Source: Paraspadella gotoi (taxonomy: Eukaryota > Animalia > Chaetognatha). Taken from it: DNA of 58,693 nucleotides. Under the pieces are notes generated by a model. It did not search any database and had not been told where the DNA came from. It worked only from the letters and a program-made list of their open reading frames with translations. Location of the stretch: contig CM119266.1 of the NCBI GenBank assembly GCA_051294375.1, forward strand, positions 8,876,672-8,935,364, read 5' to 3'. This document shows, piece by piece, positions 46,721 to 58,693 of the stretch (the first letter of the stretch is position 1; the number at the start of each line of letters is the position of its first letter). A program made the translations under genes and the position numbers.

Positions 46721-48559
46721 TCCTTCTTTTTTCCCCCAATAATCAGTACTTCCTTTTCCTTTCATAAATCTCGGCAAAAGAACTCACAAGAGACCCTCAC
46801 GGTTCACAGACCTTTCAACTACTACTTCCCTTCTCCTCTTCCTCTCCTCTTCCTCCCTCTCTCGATTTGTTCTCCACCTTATTTGCCTCCTAAGACTCTT
46901 ATTTTTCTCTCTCCTCTCTCTCTTCTCTCTCTTCGTCTCGCTCTCTTCTCTCTCTCTTCTCTCTCATCTCTTCCTCCTCTCTCTCTCTCTCTCTCTCTCT
47001 CAATCACGCTTTTCTGGCTTATTACGGCGGGATTTCAGGTAAATCTTGGCCAAACGCCGGACGATGCTTTCTATATCTCTCCTCTCACCTCTCTCTCCTC
47101 ATCTCTCTCTCCCTCCTCTCTTCTCTCTGAACTGCTCTCTCCACCACTCTCACGATTCGCTCCATCTCTTTATTTATTTTCCCACTCTCTTGCTTTGCCA
47201 AATTTACTTTCAATTTTCGGTTCTTAGTTTTATAAAAATCGTTTAGTTCCGGACGAACAAAAAAACGATGACGCAAGTTCTCGTTAACACTCAAAGATCA
47301 CAATCACTCTCGGGTTCACAGCAAATCAACAGACGTTTTGAAAATAGTAAAATTAAAACGTTTTACAATTCCGAAAATAGGACTTAGGGACGTACCATTT
47401 GTAGCATCAAACAGGGGCTTGTCTCTGAAACTTTACTTGATCGAGAACAAGGAAGAAGTTGGGTCACTGCCGCGCTGAAAGGGTCCACTCTGAGGTTATC
47501 CGCAAGAAGGAGATGGAAGGCAGGATGGATATCGCTTCCTAATATAAATATATATACATATATAATATTTATACATATATTTATAGACTACCCTAGACTT
47601 AAAGCTAAGGGCAAGGTAAATAATTAAAAAAAATAGTTTCTTTTTACAAATCTCTGTTTCAATATCGATATACACCGTCTACTCCCTCCATATTCTAAAA
47701 TAAAATGGCTACAGTATCACGTATTTTCAAGAAACGGGCGAGCATTGAATGGCATTAAGCTGTATTGCAATGCCGTCGGAAAAAAAAAAAATATATAAAA
47801 AAAGAAAAGAAAAGAAAAGCAGCGAGAGACGAGAAAATTTGATTGAAGGGAAGAAAAAAATTTTTTTGAGACTTTGGGATTAAAAAATGGAAATTCTCAA
47901 GGGAGTGCTCCTCTTTGAACAGTTTATTAGGACACCCTCGCCTTTTCCTAACAGTAAGAGTATTCGGATGAGGGAGAAGAAGGACCGCGAGAGGAGAGAG
48001 ACGGATTGTGTTCGCGCGACACAAGAGAATGAACGCGTCGCCCTAGAAAAGAGAAGAGAGGGACTGGAAAGGAGAAGGAAGATAGCTGGGGAGAGAGAAG
48101 GGGAGCAAATATATTGTTGAGTTCTTTGCACGAGACAGCAAGGAGAAGGAAGGAAAAAGAAAAGAGAATTCGAGTCGAGACATGAGAGGTGAGGAGGGAA
48201 GGATCGTGTATGATAGGTGGTGGATTATGTGTAAGTTGATAAATGATGAGAGGGAATATGTGTGCGAAGGGGCGCGAGAATCTGAAATAGCGAGAAAGAG
48301 TAGTAGCGAAAACGATTGCAAGAGATGTAATCTCTTATACATTTTATTCAAACGATGTATTCGTAGAGGAGATTTTGTTAAAACCAATCGATCTGTTTAC
48401 TTTCCAGGCGACCCTTACATTGGTTATGTCCGCAGGAGGTTATAAACGTGGAAAAGACGATTAACGGAGGTGACATATCCTTATTTAATTTTTAGTTTAG
48501 CATAGCACTCAGAATTAATTCAAGTGAGCAGGGAAGGATGAGGCGACCGACGAGAACGA

Positions 48560-48715
48560 ACCACTAGGATCTCCGAGAACCATAAGAAGAGGAAGATATA
48601 GTGGTTGGAGCTGCTGAGGCCGCGCGGCATGCTGCTCTACGACTTTGGCGTAGGGCGCAAGGTAGCTGGCAAGGAGCACATCAGTCAGGTCTGTGTTATT
48701 GACCCAACAGACACT
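48560..48715 (+). mobile_element. Possible 3' relic of an RLE-type (HERO-like) non-LTR retrotransposon
   Basis: Translation (E)DIVVGAAEAARHAALRLWRRAQGSW, preceded out of frame by LG/ISENHKKRKI, resembles the recalled C-terminus LG..KR....SEAAE.AS.WLW.KR...W of this clade. Confidence 0.4.
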
Positions 48716-50019
48716 TTCTGGAGTCCACAGAATAACTCCAACAGACTGTATTCTTCTCAGGGTAGATTGTTGAATTTCGATATGTCTAATGAACTTTTAA
48801 AGTAAGATTATAAGGGAGTACGGTAGGATAATAAGGAGAGATGAAGAAGAGAGAGAGAGAAAAGATGTAAGATGAGGAAGAGAGAGAGAGGAGAGAAGGA
48901 ATGTAGGTAGAGATAGATAGGAAGAAAGAGACTGGAGATTCATGTAACAGCAGAGAGAAGAGCATAGGGCAGATCGAAGAAGAAAAAATATAGTATATAA
49001 TATAACTACCATAATAAGTAGAATAAATGAATTTAATGCTTGAAAAGATGAAAAATGATAGTAAATTCAAATTTGTATTACATGGCAAAATTTTTCCCCC
49101 TGCGCTTCACAAATAATTTTTTTTCTAAATTTTTTTAGCTGACACTTGAAAGTAATTACTAAAATAGTAGGCCACTTAAAATAATTACCCGAGATATGAA
49201 AGTCAACATCCGATTTCCGACAGTTTCATTTCGGATTTCCTCTCACCCGGATGTTGAGCGTGACGCGAATCTGGGAATTAAACTGCGACGTTGATGACGA
49301 GAGGACGTCGAAGAAGGGCGCAACGCCAAACGCCGACTCTGACTGGCAGGAGCCAACGGGTTGGTTACCTTCGCCAGTTTCGGGCGCTTTACACAAACGC
49401 CCCAAATCGCTGCTTTGACTAGAAAATGGGAAAACGAAGGCGGCAAAGTTGGATTAGCGCGTTAAAAAAAGAAGAAATGAGTCCACCAGGTGATTAAAAA
49501 AAAAAAAAATCACGTGCGGTGTTTGCAGAAAAAGAAGCGAGAGAAAGAATGAGAGAATGGAGAGACAGGAAAGACAGAGAGACGGCAGAGATGGGAAGAC
49601 CATGAATGGAGAAGAAACAGATACGTAACGTAACCAGAGAATCGGTTAAAAAATATTATTTGGTCCACAAAAGACGGCCCCCCCTCCGGTGGGATTTAAT
49701 GAATAACGACAGTGACGAACGTAGCAAATTTAATGGTAAGGAAGATGACCGACAATGCGACGGACGACATGACGTGACGACGACAATGACGAGTTAAAAC
49801 CCAAAGCATAAATTTAAATCTGTCATAGTCTTATGTCTCTTTTTTTTTCTTGTACTCCTTTCACCTTCAACCTCCTCCTCCTCTCCTCTTCTCCTGGCTC
49901 CTCCTCCCCCTCCTGCTCTAGACTTATGAATAAAACTGAAACCCGAGTTGACGAAAGAGTAAAAAAAACGCCTACATTATTTTCTCTCTCCTCTCTCTCT
50001 CTCTCTCTCATCTCTCTGC

Positions 50020-50052
<33 letters not shown>

Positions 50053-50544
50053 GCTCAAGTACAATAAATATAGCCAAGCGTAATTTAAAAAACCGTCGAA
50101 GCTCTAAAGCTTTCCCTTTTCTAAAATTATGACTGAGAGAACAAATCAACAAACAGACATACCGCAGAGCAAAGCGGCCGAAAGTTGATTTAAAACAACC
50201 AGAGCAACTGTGGCCTCTGACCCACATCCCGAGAAAACTTTCTTCACTCTGCGACCACGCCGTTTGTTCATAGCATCTGGTTTCACGCTCGTTGATCCCG
50301 TGAACCCGATTTTCACTGTGTTCTTTCAGTCCTTTGGTTTTATTGTTTGTCGTTGTTGTATTCGCATTCAACTCGTTCTTCCAATCTTTGGCCGTATTTG
50401 AAAATCAACCCCTCCTAACCGCACTTCCCCCTTCCTTTTTTCTCCCCCCTCCCACCCGATTCAGAAATGGCCACCGCGAAACCGAATTTGAATATATTAT
50501 TCAAACTGCCGAAGAGGAGACTTTCGTTGGAGGAGAGAGAGAGA

Positions 50545-50580
<36 letters not shown>

Positions 50581-51291
50581 AGAGAGAGATAGAGAGAGAA
50601 GAGAGAGAGAGAGAGAAAGTGGGGGTCTCAGAAACTGACAGGAGAAAAAAAAACCTTTCCCCTTCCAAATTTTTTTTCTCTTCTCTTTAAAAAAAAAGTA
50701 GATCCCTCTCTGCCACCTAAAAATCGTCTTTTCTCTATGTCATACATATCATCATCTTTTTATACTTTTTTGGATTCTCCAAGGGCAAGACGTGAAATAA
50801 GTAGATAAGAAGAGAGAAAGAAAGAAAGTAAGAAAGAAAGAAAGAAAGAAAGAAAGAAAAAAGAGAAAGAAAGAAAAAGAAAAGAAGAGAAAGAAAGGAA
50901 AGAAAGAAAAGAAAGAAAGAAAAGAAGTGTTGTCTCACTAGATGGTTTACATTCATCCGATCCTCATTAATAAATCATCGGTTGTTAAACTAAAATAATT
51001 GTCAAACAAAAATCTCAGTCAAAATTATCAAGCCTGCTAAGCCCGAAACGACGAGGCTCCCCCTATGCGGCCGCCACAGATGTCGCCCAGTCCAAGAAAT
51101 AACAAACAAACTCGGGGTTTTTTCGTCTGCATCTTTTGATGAAAATCCAGACTTCTTTCACATTAACGAAAACCTCATCTTATTTTTTTCAAGTCATCAA
51201 TTGACAATGGAAGGGATCGAAATCAAGGATGACACTCATTGTTGAGGGGAGAGAGAGAGAGAGTAGAGAGAGAGAGAGAGAGAGAGAGGGA

Positions 51292-51377
<86 letters not shown>

Positions 51378-51952
51378 CTTGACAGTTTTCGTTTGTGTTC
51401 AGATGATGCGCGAGGACGGGAACTCGCACGGGAATAGATTCTTGGACCGAGGAAAAAGAATATTTAATACTTGGCATTAATATATTTTAATATATAATCT
51501 CAATACGGCGTATAAGAAAATCTTTATCGGTCCAAATAATTATTGGACATTTTTTATGAAATTATATTGTAAAAAAGTTGGCGCTGAAGTTAAATAAGAG
51601 TGATAAAAATATTAATATATTTTTATTTTCTCTCCGTTCATCTCCTCCTCCTATCCGCTCTTTTCCCTTTCCCCCCTTCCCCCCATCCTCCCTCTTTCCT
51701 GTCTTCCTCTTCTCCCCAGCAAACGCCCCCCTCACCCCCTCGCCTCACAACCTCAAGACTCCATCATCCCCCCTCATCCCCCTCAATCCCCTCAATCCCC
51801 CAAGGGACAATTTGAACCAGAAAACTCGTCCCCGAATCATTTCCCACTTTTTTCTACGTCATTTTTTTTTCCTCGAAATCATTTTATCCTTTTTAATCCT
51901 ATTTTCCCTCGACAGGCTCTCCTCTCTCTTCTCTATCTCTCTCTCTCTCTGC

Positions 51953-52002
<50 letters not shown>

Positions 52003-52887
52003 GTGACGAACGAAATTAGGTAAGGACGAGATGGAGGTTCGGAGAAAAGATGGAGGTGAGTCCAAGAAAAGAGGGTAAGGAAGCGAGAAAGTAAATGAGA
52101 AAGAGAGAGTGAAAAATGGGAAAAAAGAAAGAAAGAAGAGAGACAGAGAGAGAGAGAGCTCGAGACAGAGTATGTAAAACTCTAAACAAATGTCTCAGAT
52201 GTCCACTTCATAACTTGTAAACGATTACTGGCTGGAATTGATGAACTGATTTACAGATAATTGGATAAATATCTAGAGCCAAATTTCAAGGATAGCTGGA
52301 TGAATGAAGGAAGGAATTCAAACGTTTGGAAAGGATTATGGGACCAATTACCCACTGAAGGATAAACGTCTCGAATAAAAGTTCAGATAAAACGGAAACG
52401 GACGGATGGACGGACGAATGATTAATGATCGCATTCGTGCCATGAAAAAAAAACCCGAAAATGGTTTTGCGGTCGCTGAGTCTTTTCGAAAATTTAGACG
52501 GAGAATCGGACGGACGGACGGACGATGGGATCGGGGCCGGTCAGCAAAGGTGGTAAGTAATGGAACGGACGGACGGAACGGAGGGATGCCTCGGCCTGCG
52601 CTTGAAGGATCTTGAAGAGGAATACTAATATTGAAGGGTATAAAGCAATAAGATTCATGAACTGGCTTTGTACTGTGAACGGATTTTTAAATAAAAAAAA
52701 ATTAATTTTTTTATTTTTCAATTTTTTTTATACCCCATATTATAATACAAGTATTACCAATTTAATGTATGTTTTTCCTATTTGAAAGAAGATTCGAATT
52801 CTCACGAAAAAGTTGATAGAGAAAAGGAAATATTGTGGCAAGCAAGCAGCTTAAAGCTGTCCCTCAACTGCTGTCCGTCTCAGCCTC

Positions 52888-53104
52888 GTCTCAAATGGCT
52901 GAGCAGGCTAAATCATCTCATTCCATCCGTTGCGTCCCGGGTTCAAATCCTGGGTTACCGGTTCTGGCTTAAATTGTGAGCGGTGCCGGTATAAACATGC
53001 CAGTGACGGAGGCGGTCACTGAGGGTCCGCAGGCCCTCGGCACCGTTGGTGAGATACCCGCGCCCCGGGTATCGCAGGCTATCCTCCCGTTGCCATAATA
53101 TAAC
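52888..53104 (+). mobile_element. tRNA-derived SINE with structured body and (TAA)n tail
   Basis: A box TGGCTGAGCAGG (52896-52907); B box GGTTCAAATCC (52940-52950) in a CCCGG/CTGGG T-stem; hairpins CAGTGAC/GTCACTG, GAGGG/CCCTC and GATACCCG/CGGGTATC; terminal stem-loop, then ATAATAATAA. Confidence 0.8.
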
Positions 53105-55210
53105 TCTTTTTGAAAATTATTTCATTAAGTGGGTTCAAAATCCTCAAAACTGTATATAGTTTACCTATAATTAATTTTAGTATAAAAATTAGAGTTTTAA
53201 AAACAAGTTTTAAAGAAGAATTTTTGATTAAAGGACTTATATGTTTTTTATCAACTTTTTATGAAAATTCGAATCTGCTTTAAAAACTAAAAAAAAAATT
53301 AAAATTTTGACCTTTTCTTAATGGTAATAAAAATTTAAAATAATATTTTTATACATCAAATGTTTCTTAGTACAAGACTGTTATGAAGCAAACTATTCGA
53401 ATTTTCCATCTGCAACTTTCCTCCGCCTTAAAGAATACACTGTACTTAAACAGGATGGGAATTGGGTGAAATTATGGTGGTAAACGTTGGGTCCAAAGGT
53501 GGTTGGGGGGTGGGTTCTCGTTGTTGTCGTTGTTGTTGTCCCGCATCATTAGGATCGAAGTGGGTAAGTGGTTGAGCGCCGGAGGTAAGTCCGTCAATCG
53601 AGAAGGTCAAGGCCGAAGGCGGGAAAATGCGAATTTTGCGAAAAACGGCTTCTGCTTACTGACGACGACGATGACGACGACGACGACGACGAAAGATCTG
53701 AAAAGGTATCTCTCTTTATGTCCACCAAGGAGGACGACGACGACGAACGAACGACGCACGACGACGACGACGAACCCACGATTAAGACGCCAAGGTCCGA
53801 ATTTCTCTTTCTTTTTCTTTCCTTACCTTTTTTTCGCCAATTTCGACGGTCAAGAAATTTCTTTCCCTTTTTTTCTTCCTTTTTTTTTTTTTTTTGCTCT
53901 TTTTTTTTTTTGCTGAAAAAAAAATCTGGGAAAAGACTTAAGTTTTCATATTCGTAAATTTATTGATGTGTGTCGCCATTCCAAGAGGTTTTTTATCTCC
54001 CCTCGCGTTATAGAGGCGAGAGGTGAGGAATTAAAAATTCTCCGTTGAGTTTAAATAGAGAGTCTTTGTAGGAAATACAAAGTTGTGTTTGGTTTGCAAT
54101 AACCAGTTAGTAAAAGTATTCACTCACTTTTAGGTGGAAAAAAATTATTTGTAAAACGTAAATGCTTGAACATGATGGAATAAAAGTAAAATTAGTAAAA
54201 TAAACGTTGGAACTCTTCACAAACATCAAGGTCCGACGGAGTCCGTATTCAAAATAAGGAGTCCTGGCCTACGGAGTCCAATCGATTATGGTGTTCTTTC
54301 CCGAATCGGCTCACATGCTTCTTTCCACATCGGCTCACGACTGGTCAAAGTAATGCGTCGCGACGAGACCGCATGGTTTAAACAAAACAAACAGCAACAA
54401 CACAAAACAAAAGAAAATCGACAAGCCGAAAAATTCGCGCCGTCAGGGTCATGAAGCGGCTTTAGCTCCCTCACTGCTAGCTGACCGAAACGACCGACCG
54501 ATGAAACAAGACGCCGACGCTGATCCCCTTTCAAACCTATATGACCACCGGGGGAGAGGGGGAAGGAGTTGGGGTGGATTCGTCGGATCTCAATCGCATT
54601 TGACCCTTCCCCCTTCTCACACTCCGTTACACACCCTCCGCCCCTTTAACACAAAACGGTAAAGAGAAAAAAAAAGTTGATAGAAGGGGAAATTTGAGTT
54701 ATACGTTCATAAAACAAAGACGCCATCACTCGATATGGCCGACCCTTTCTTCTCACTCCCCTCATTTGGCCGACCCCTTTCTCACTCCTCACTCACTCAC
54801 TCACTTACTTCTCACTCCAACCTTTTTTTTCTCTTTCCCTCCCCTTTATTTTTTATTCTCTTATTCTCTTTTTCTCTCCTTTTTTCCTTCTTTTTCTCTC
54901 TTTTCGTATTTTTTTCAAATCTCTATCTCTTCCCTTTTTCCCTTTTTCTACTTTTCCTTCTCTCTTCGTTTCTAGTTTTTTTTTCCTTTTTACCCCTCTT
55001 TCTTTATATTATCATTTTTTTACTTTTCTTTCCTCCTTTTTCTCTTTTCATTCTCTTTGTTTTTCTTTTTCCTTTCCGTTTTTTACTCCTTTTCTTTTCT
55101 CCTTTTCCTCCTTTTCTCCTTTTCCTCCTTTTCTTCTTTTCCCTTCAATTTGTCTTTTCCTTTTCACCTCAACACCCAAACCGAATAGCCTCAACTCTCT
55201 TCTCTCATCT

Positions 55211-55264
<54 letters not shown>

Positions 55265-56358
55265 TCCTATCACTTCTCTCTCTCTCATCTCTCTCTCTCT
55301 CCTCTCTCTCACCTTAGAAAAAAATCCGCGGTCGGTCCTCATTCTCGTTCCGCTCGGGGGTATAAGGAAGAATTCATTGGTTTAAAAAAAGCTTTCAAAT
55401 ATTAAATATATCCTTACTGATAAAAACCATTCCTAGCATGATTTTTAGATTGACTATCAAATCGTAATTGATAGTTAATTATTAAACGTTAATAATATTC
55501 CTTAATGAATAGTTTTAGGATATTAACAAGCAGGTAGAAACTGTAAGTTGTAAAGGTGAAGTAAGATCATTAATTTGGTTTAATTTTGAAGTAAGAATCA
55601 TGTTTTTTTAAAAAACAAGGAACAGTCTACCCGCCGTTTTCAACTGTGGTGAGGCGCGGTAAGGAGCGAGGTAAGGAGTGTAAGGAAAAGGGCGACTGTC
55701 GCGGGTCTGAATACATTCCCGCCAAGTAGCCAAGGGTAATGGCTCAGCGGGCGCCACGCTCTTGTACTTTCCATTTTAGAATTTCGCAGCTGCCTTCTCG
55801 CTTTTGCGTCAGCGCTGATGTTTTTAGCCGTTTTCCTTCTTTTAGTTTATTTTTTTTTTTTTTTTTTTTTAGTTTTTTTTTTTTTTGTTTGTTTAGATGT
55901 TCTTCGCTCTTTTACTGTTTTTTGTTTTAATAAAATAACAAACGAATTAAAAGAAGAAAACGGTAATAATTTAAATTTGACGTCAAGCGAACCTCGACAA
56001 ATCTGCACTGAAACTCCCTCCTTTCCTGGATCCGTATATATCGCCGATAGATGTCGCTTCCACGTTTCGGTTCCTCGTCCCTTTTCTCGGAAAAGCGCAT
56101 CGCGGGGGAAAAAACAAAAAGAGCAAACGCGTCGGCATAGATAAAAGAAAAAGGAAAGAAGGAGAGATAAAAGGAAAAGGCGTGAACAGAAATAAGGAAG
56201 CGTTGATTGACGGTTTGTCGCCGACCAGATATAACCGAGTGCTAAGCGGGGCGGCGGCGGCGGCGTCCGGTGCGGGCGGCGGAGGCGTGGGCGATGCGTT
56301 AAGACGGAAAGCACCATCGCCCGACGATGACAGAGAGAGGAGAGAGAGAGAGAGAGTG

Positions 56359-56399
<41 letters not shown>

Positions 56400-56526
56400 G
56401 GAGAGAGAGGACAGAAATAAACAATTATTTTCCGATACAAATGGGTGGAATTCGGGCGTTGAGGCTTCCGTCGTCATCTCGGTTGGGTGAGACTCTTTGC
56501 GTAGGGGAGAGGAAAATGGCAAAAAA

Positions 56527-56606
<80 letters not shown>

Positions 56607-57331
56607 ATGTCGCAGTGAATACAATGGTCGAAGGAAAGTGAGAAATGATGAGAAAAACAAGGGCTGTTAAAATAAGGAGTTAAGGAGTGAAGAGAAATGG
56701 CGGGGTTGACGTGTAAAATGAGAAAGTTTCGGTAGTGTAGGAGGGGAAATGCGAAACCGTGAGGGTTTGTGATAAGGGTGAAAGTAAAATGGATCGTGAA
56801 GTGAAGGCGATGGTAACGGGGAAGGTTATATAAGAGTAGTGACGACGGTGGGGTGGGGGTCAAGATGGGTCCGAATCTGATCCGTCGCTTACGAAGAGAA
56901 GATTCACGGCTTGAAGGATCGAGTTTCGATCCTTTTTAAACGATGAGATGGAGGGGAGAGGGCAGAGAAGGAGGGGAGGGGGGGGAAAGCAAGAAGAGGG
57001 GAAAGGAGAAGAAAGAGGAGGGGGGAGAGACGTAGGGGGAGGAAGAGGAATTGGAGAGAAGGGAGAAGGGAGAGAGGAAGGGGTAAAGGGGAGATGGGAG
57101 GAAGAGAGAGAAGGAAAAACAGGAAAAGGGGAGAGGAGAAGGAAGATGAGGAGGAAGAAGAGAAGGAAGAAGAAGGAGGGAGAGGAGGAGAAGGAAGAGG
57201 AAAAGGAAGGGAGGAGGGAATGTGGTTGAAGAGGAGAGTGGGGGGAGAGAGGAGTGGAAGAATAAGAAGGTGAGAAGGGGAAAAGGAAGAAGGAGGAGTG
57301 TAAGTGNNNNNNNNNNNNNNNNNNNNNNNNN

Positions 57332-57945
57332 AATAATTAAAAAATCATTATTTTACCAAATAAAACAATTTTTGACTTTAACAATGATTGAATCGCTGTG
57401 ACTGACTCATTCCTTAATTCTTTCTCGCGACGACCGATCATCGCTTCTCAACAAAAACCCCTNNNNNNNNNNNNNNNNNNNNNNNNNNNNNNNNNNNNNN
57501 NNNNNNNNNNNNNNNNNNNNNNNNNNNNNNNNNNNNNNNNNNNNNNNNNNNNNNNNNNNNNNNNNNNNNNNNNNNNNNNNNNNNNNNNNNNNNNNNNNNN
57601 NNNNNNNNNNNNNNNNNNNNNNNNNNNNNNNNNNNNNNNNNNNNNNNNNNNNNNNNNNNNNNNNNNNNNNNNNNNNNNNNNNNNNNNNNNNNNNNNNNNN
57701 NNNNNNNNNNNNNNNNNNNNNNNNNNNNNNNNNCCCCATTGGTTTTCCCCATTGGTTTTCCCCATTTATTCCCTCATTGGTTTCCCCTATTCCTTCTTTT
57801 TTCCCCAATAATCGTCTTCTTCCTTTTCATAAATCCTCGGCAAGAATCTCACAAGAGACCCTCACGGTTCACGACCTTTCACTACTCCCTTCTCCCTCTT
57901 CCTCTTCCTCTTCCTCCCTCTCTCGATTTCTCCCTTATTTGCCTT
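57332..57945 (+). repeat. Second copy of 46267-46888
   Basis: AACAATGATTGAATCGCTGTGAC, CCATTGG units and CACAAGAGACCCTCACGGTTCAC recur immediately after a 25-N gap. Confidence 0.9.
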
Positions 57946-58693
57946 NNNNNNNNNNNNNNNNNNNNNNNNNNNNNNNNNNNNNNNNNNNNNNNNNNNNNNN
58001 NNNNNNNNNNNNNNNNNNNNNNNNNNNNNNNNNNNNNNNNNNNNNNNNNNNNNNNNNNNNNNNNNNNNNNNNNNNNNNNNNNNNNNNNNNNNNNNNNNNN
58101 NNNNNNNNNNNNNNNNNNNNNNNNNNNNNNNNNNNNNNNNNNNNNNNNNNNNNNNNNNNNNNNNNNNNNNNNNNNNNNNNNNNNNNNNNNNNNNNNNNNN
58201 NNNNNNNNNNNNNNNNNNNNNNNNNNNNNNNNNNNNNNNNNNNNNNNNTCGGGCCGGGGCATTTCCCCAAATGGACCTCGCCTAGAAAAAGGCTGAAAGG
58301 GAGATGCTGGGCATTTTGTTGATTTCTTTGCACGAAACGCGGGGAAAAAAAAGAAAGAATCGTCGACATCGTTGTTGTTGTGATTATTGTAGTTGTTATT
58401 GTTGTTGCCCCAATCTGAAATCGCAGGCGTCGAAACTTGCGAATTTCTCTTTCATTTTATTCAAACGATTTTCGTCTTTTGTTTACATCGATTGTTTACT
58501 TTCGCGACCCTTTTGTTTGTCGCGGCTTTTAATGAAACGAACGATGCCAACGCCGGTTAATTAGTTGGAGGGGGGGCGCCGGGAGCGCCGGACCCGAAAT
58601 TGAGGGAGAAAGGGTGGAGCTGCTGGCGCCGCGGACGCCACGGCAGCAGACGCCGCAGGGTTGAATTACCCTTTCCTGATCGCGTCCAATTTT

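Noticed and set aside
52390-52610. (GGAC)n tracts suggesting a Helentron/DINE-1-like element (similar at 1360-1440)
   Set aside because: Only the microsatellite is evident; subterminal inverted repeats and the 3' hairpin could not be defined.
52888-52960. Functional tRNA gene
   Set aside because: A and B boxes are present but the acceptor and anticodon stems do not form; it continues into a body and (TAA)n tail, so it is called a SINE.

Overview
Eukaryotic (probably invertebrate animal) genomic DNA: AT-rich, full of (CT/GA)n microsatellites, and from a gapped draft assembly with many 1-bp indels. The one firmly identifiable gene is a type I phosphatidylinositol-4-phosphate 5-kinase (PIP5K1-like) on the minus strand. 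Four phase-compatible exons are visible (35635-36437, 31097-34446, 15615-15807, 2495-2618); the 3' exons are not visible in the window. The gene is unusual: its N-terminal kinase subdomain is split by low-complexity insertions of about 170 and about 810 aa, one intron uses a GC donor, and there is one frameshift in a homopolymer. Its introns hold mobile-element relics: a TTAA-flanked Kolobok-like MITE, a foldback element, Penelope-like remnants with three minimal hammerhead ribozyme motifs, and a tRNA-headed SINE-like element whose middle body resembles a circularly permuted twister ribozyme. A second SINE at about 52.9 kb shows the same architecture with different stem sequences. Several kb-scale duplications next to gaps of exactly 25 N look like gap-filling artefacts. 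Most entries in the ORF track are microsatellite or antisense shadows. Homolog sequences quoted are from memory; no searches were run.
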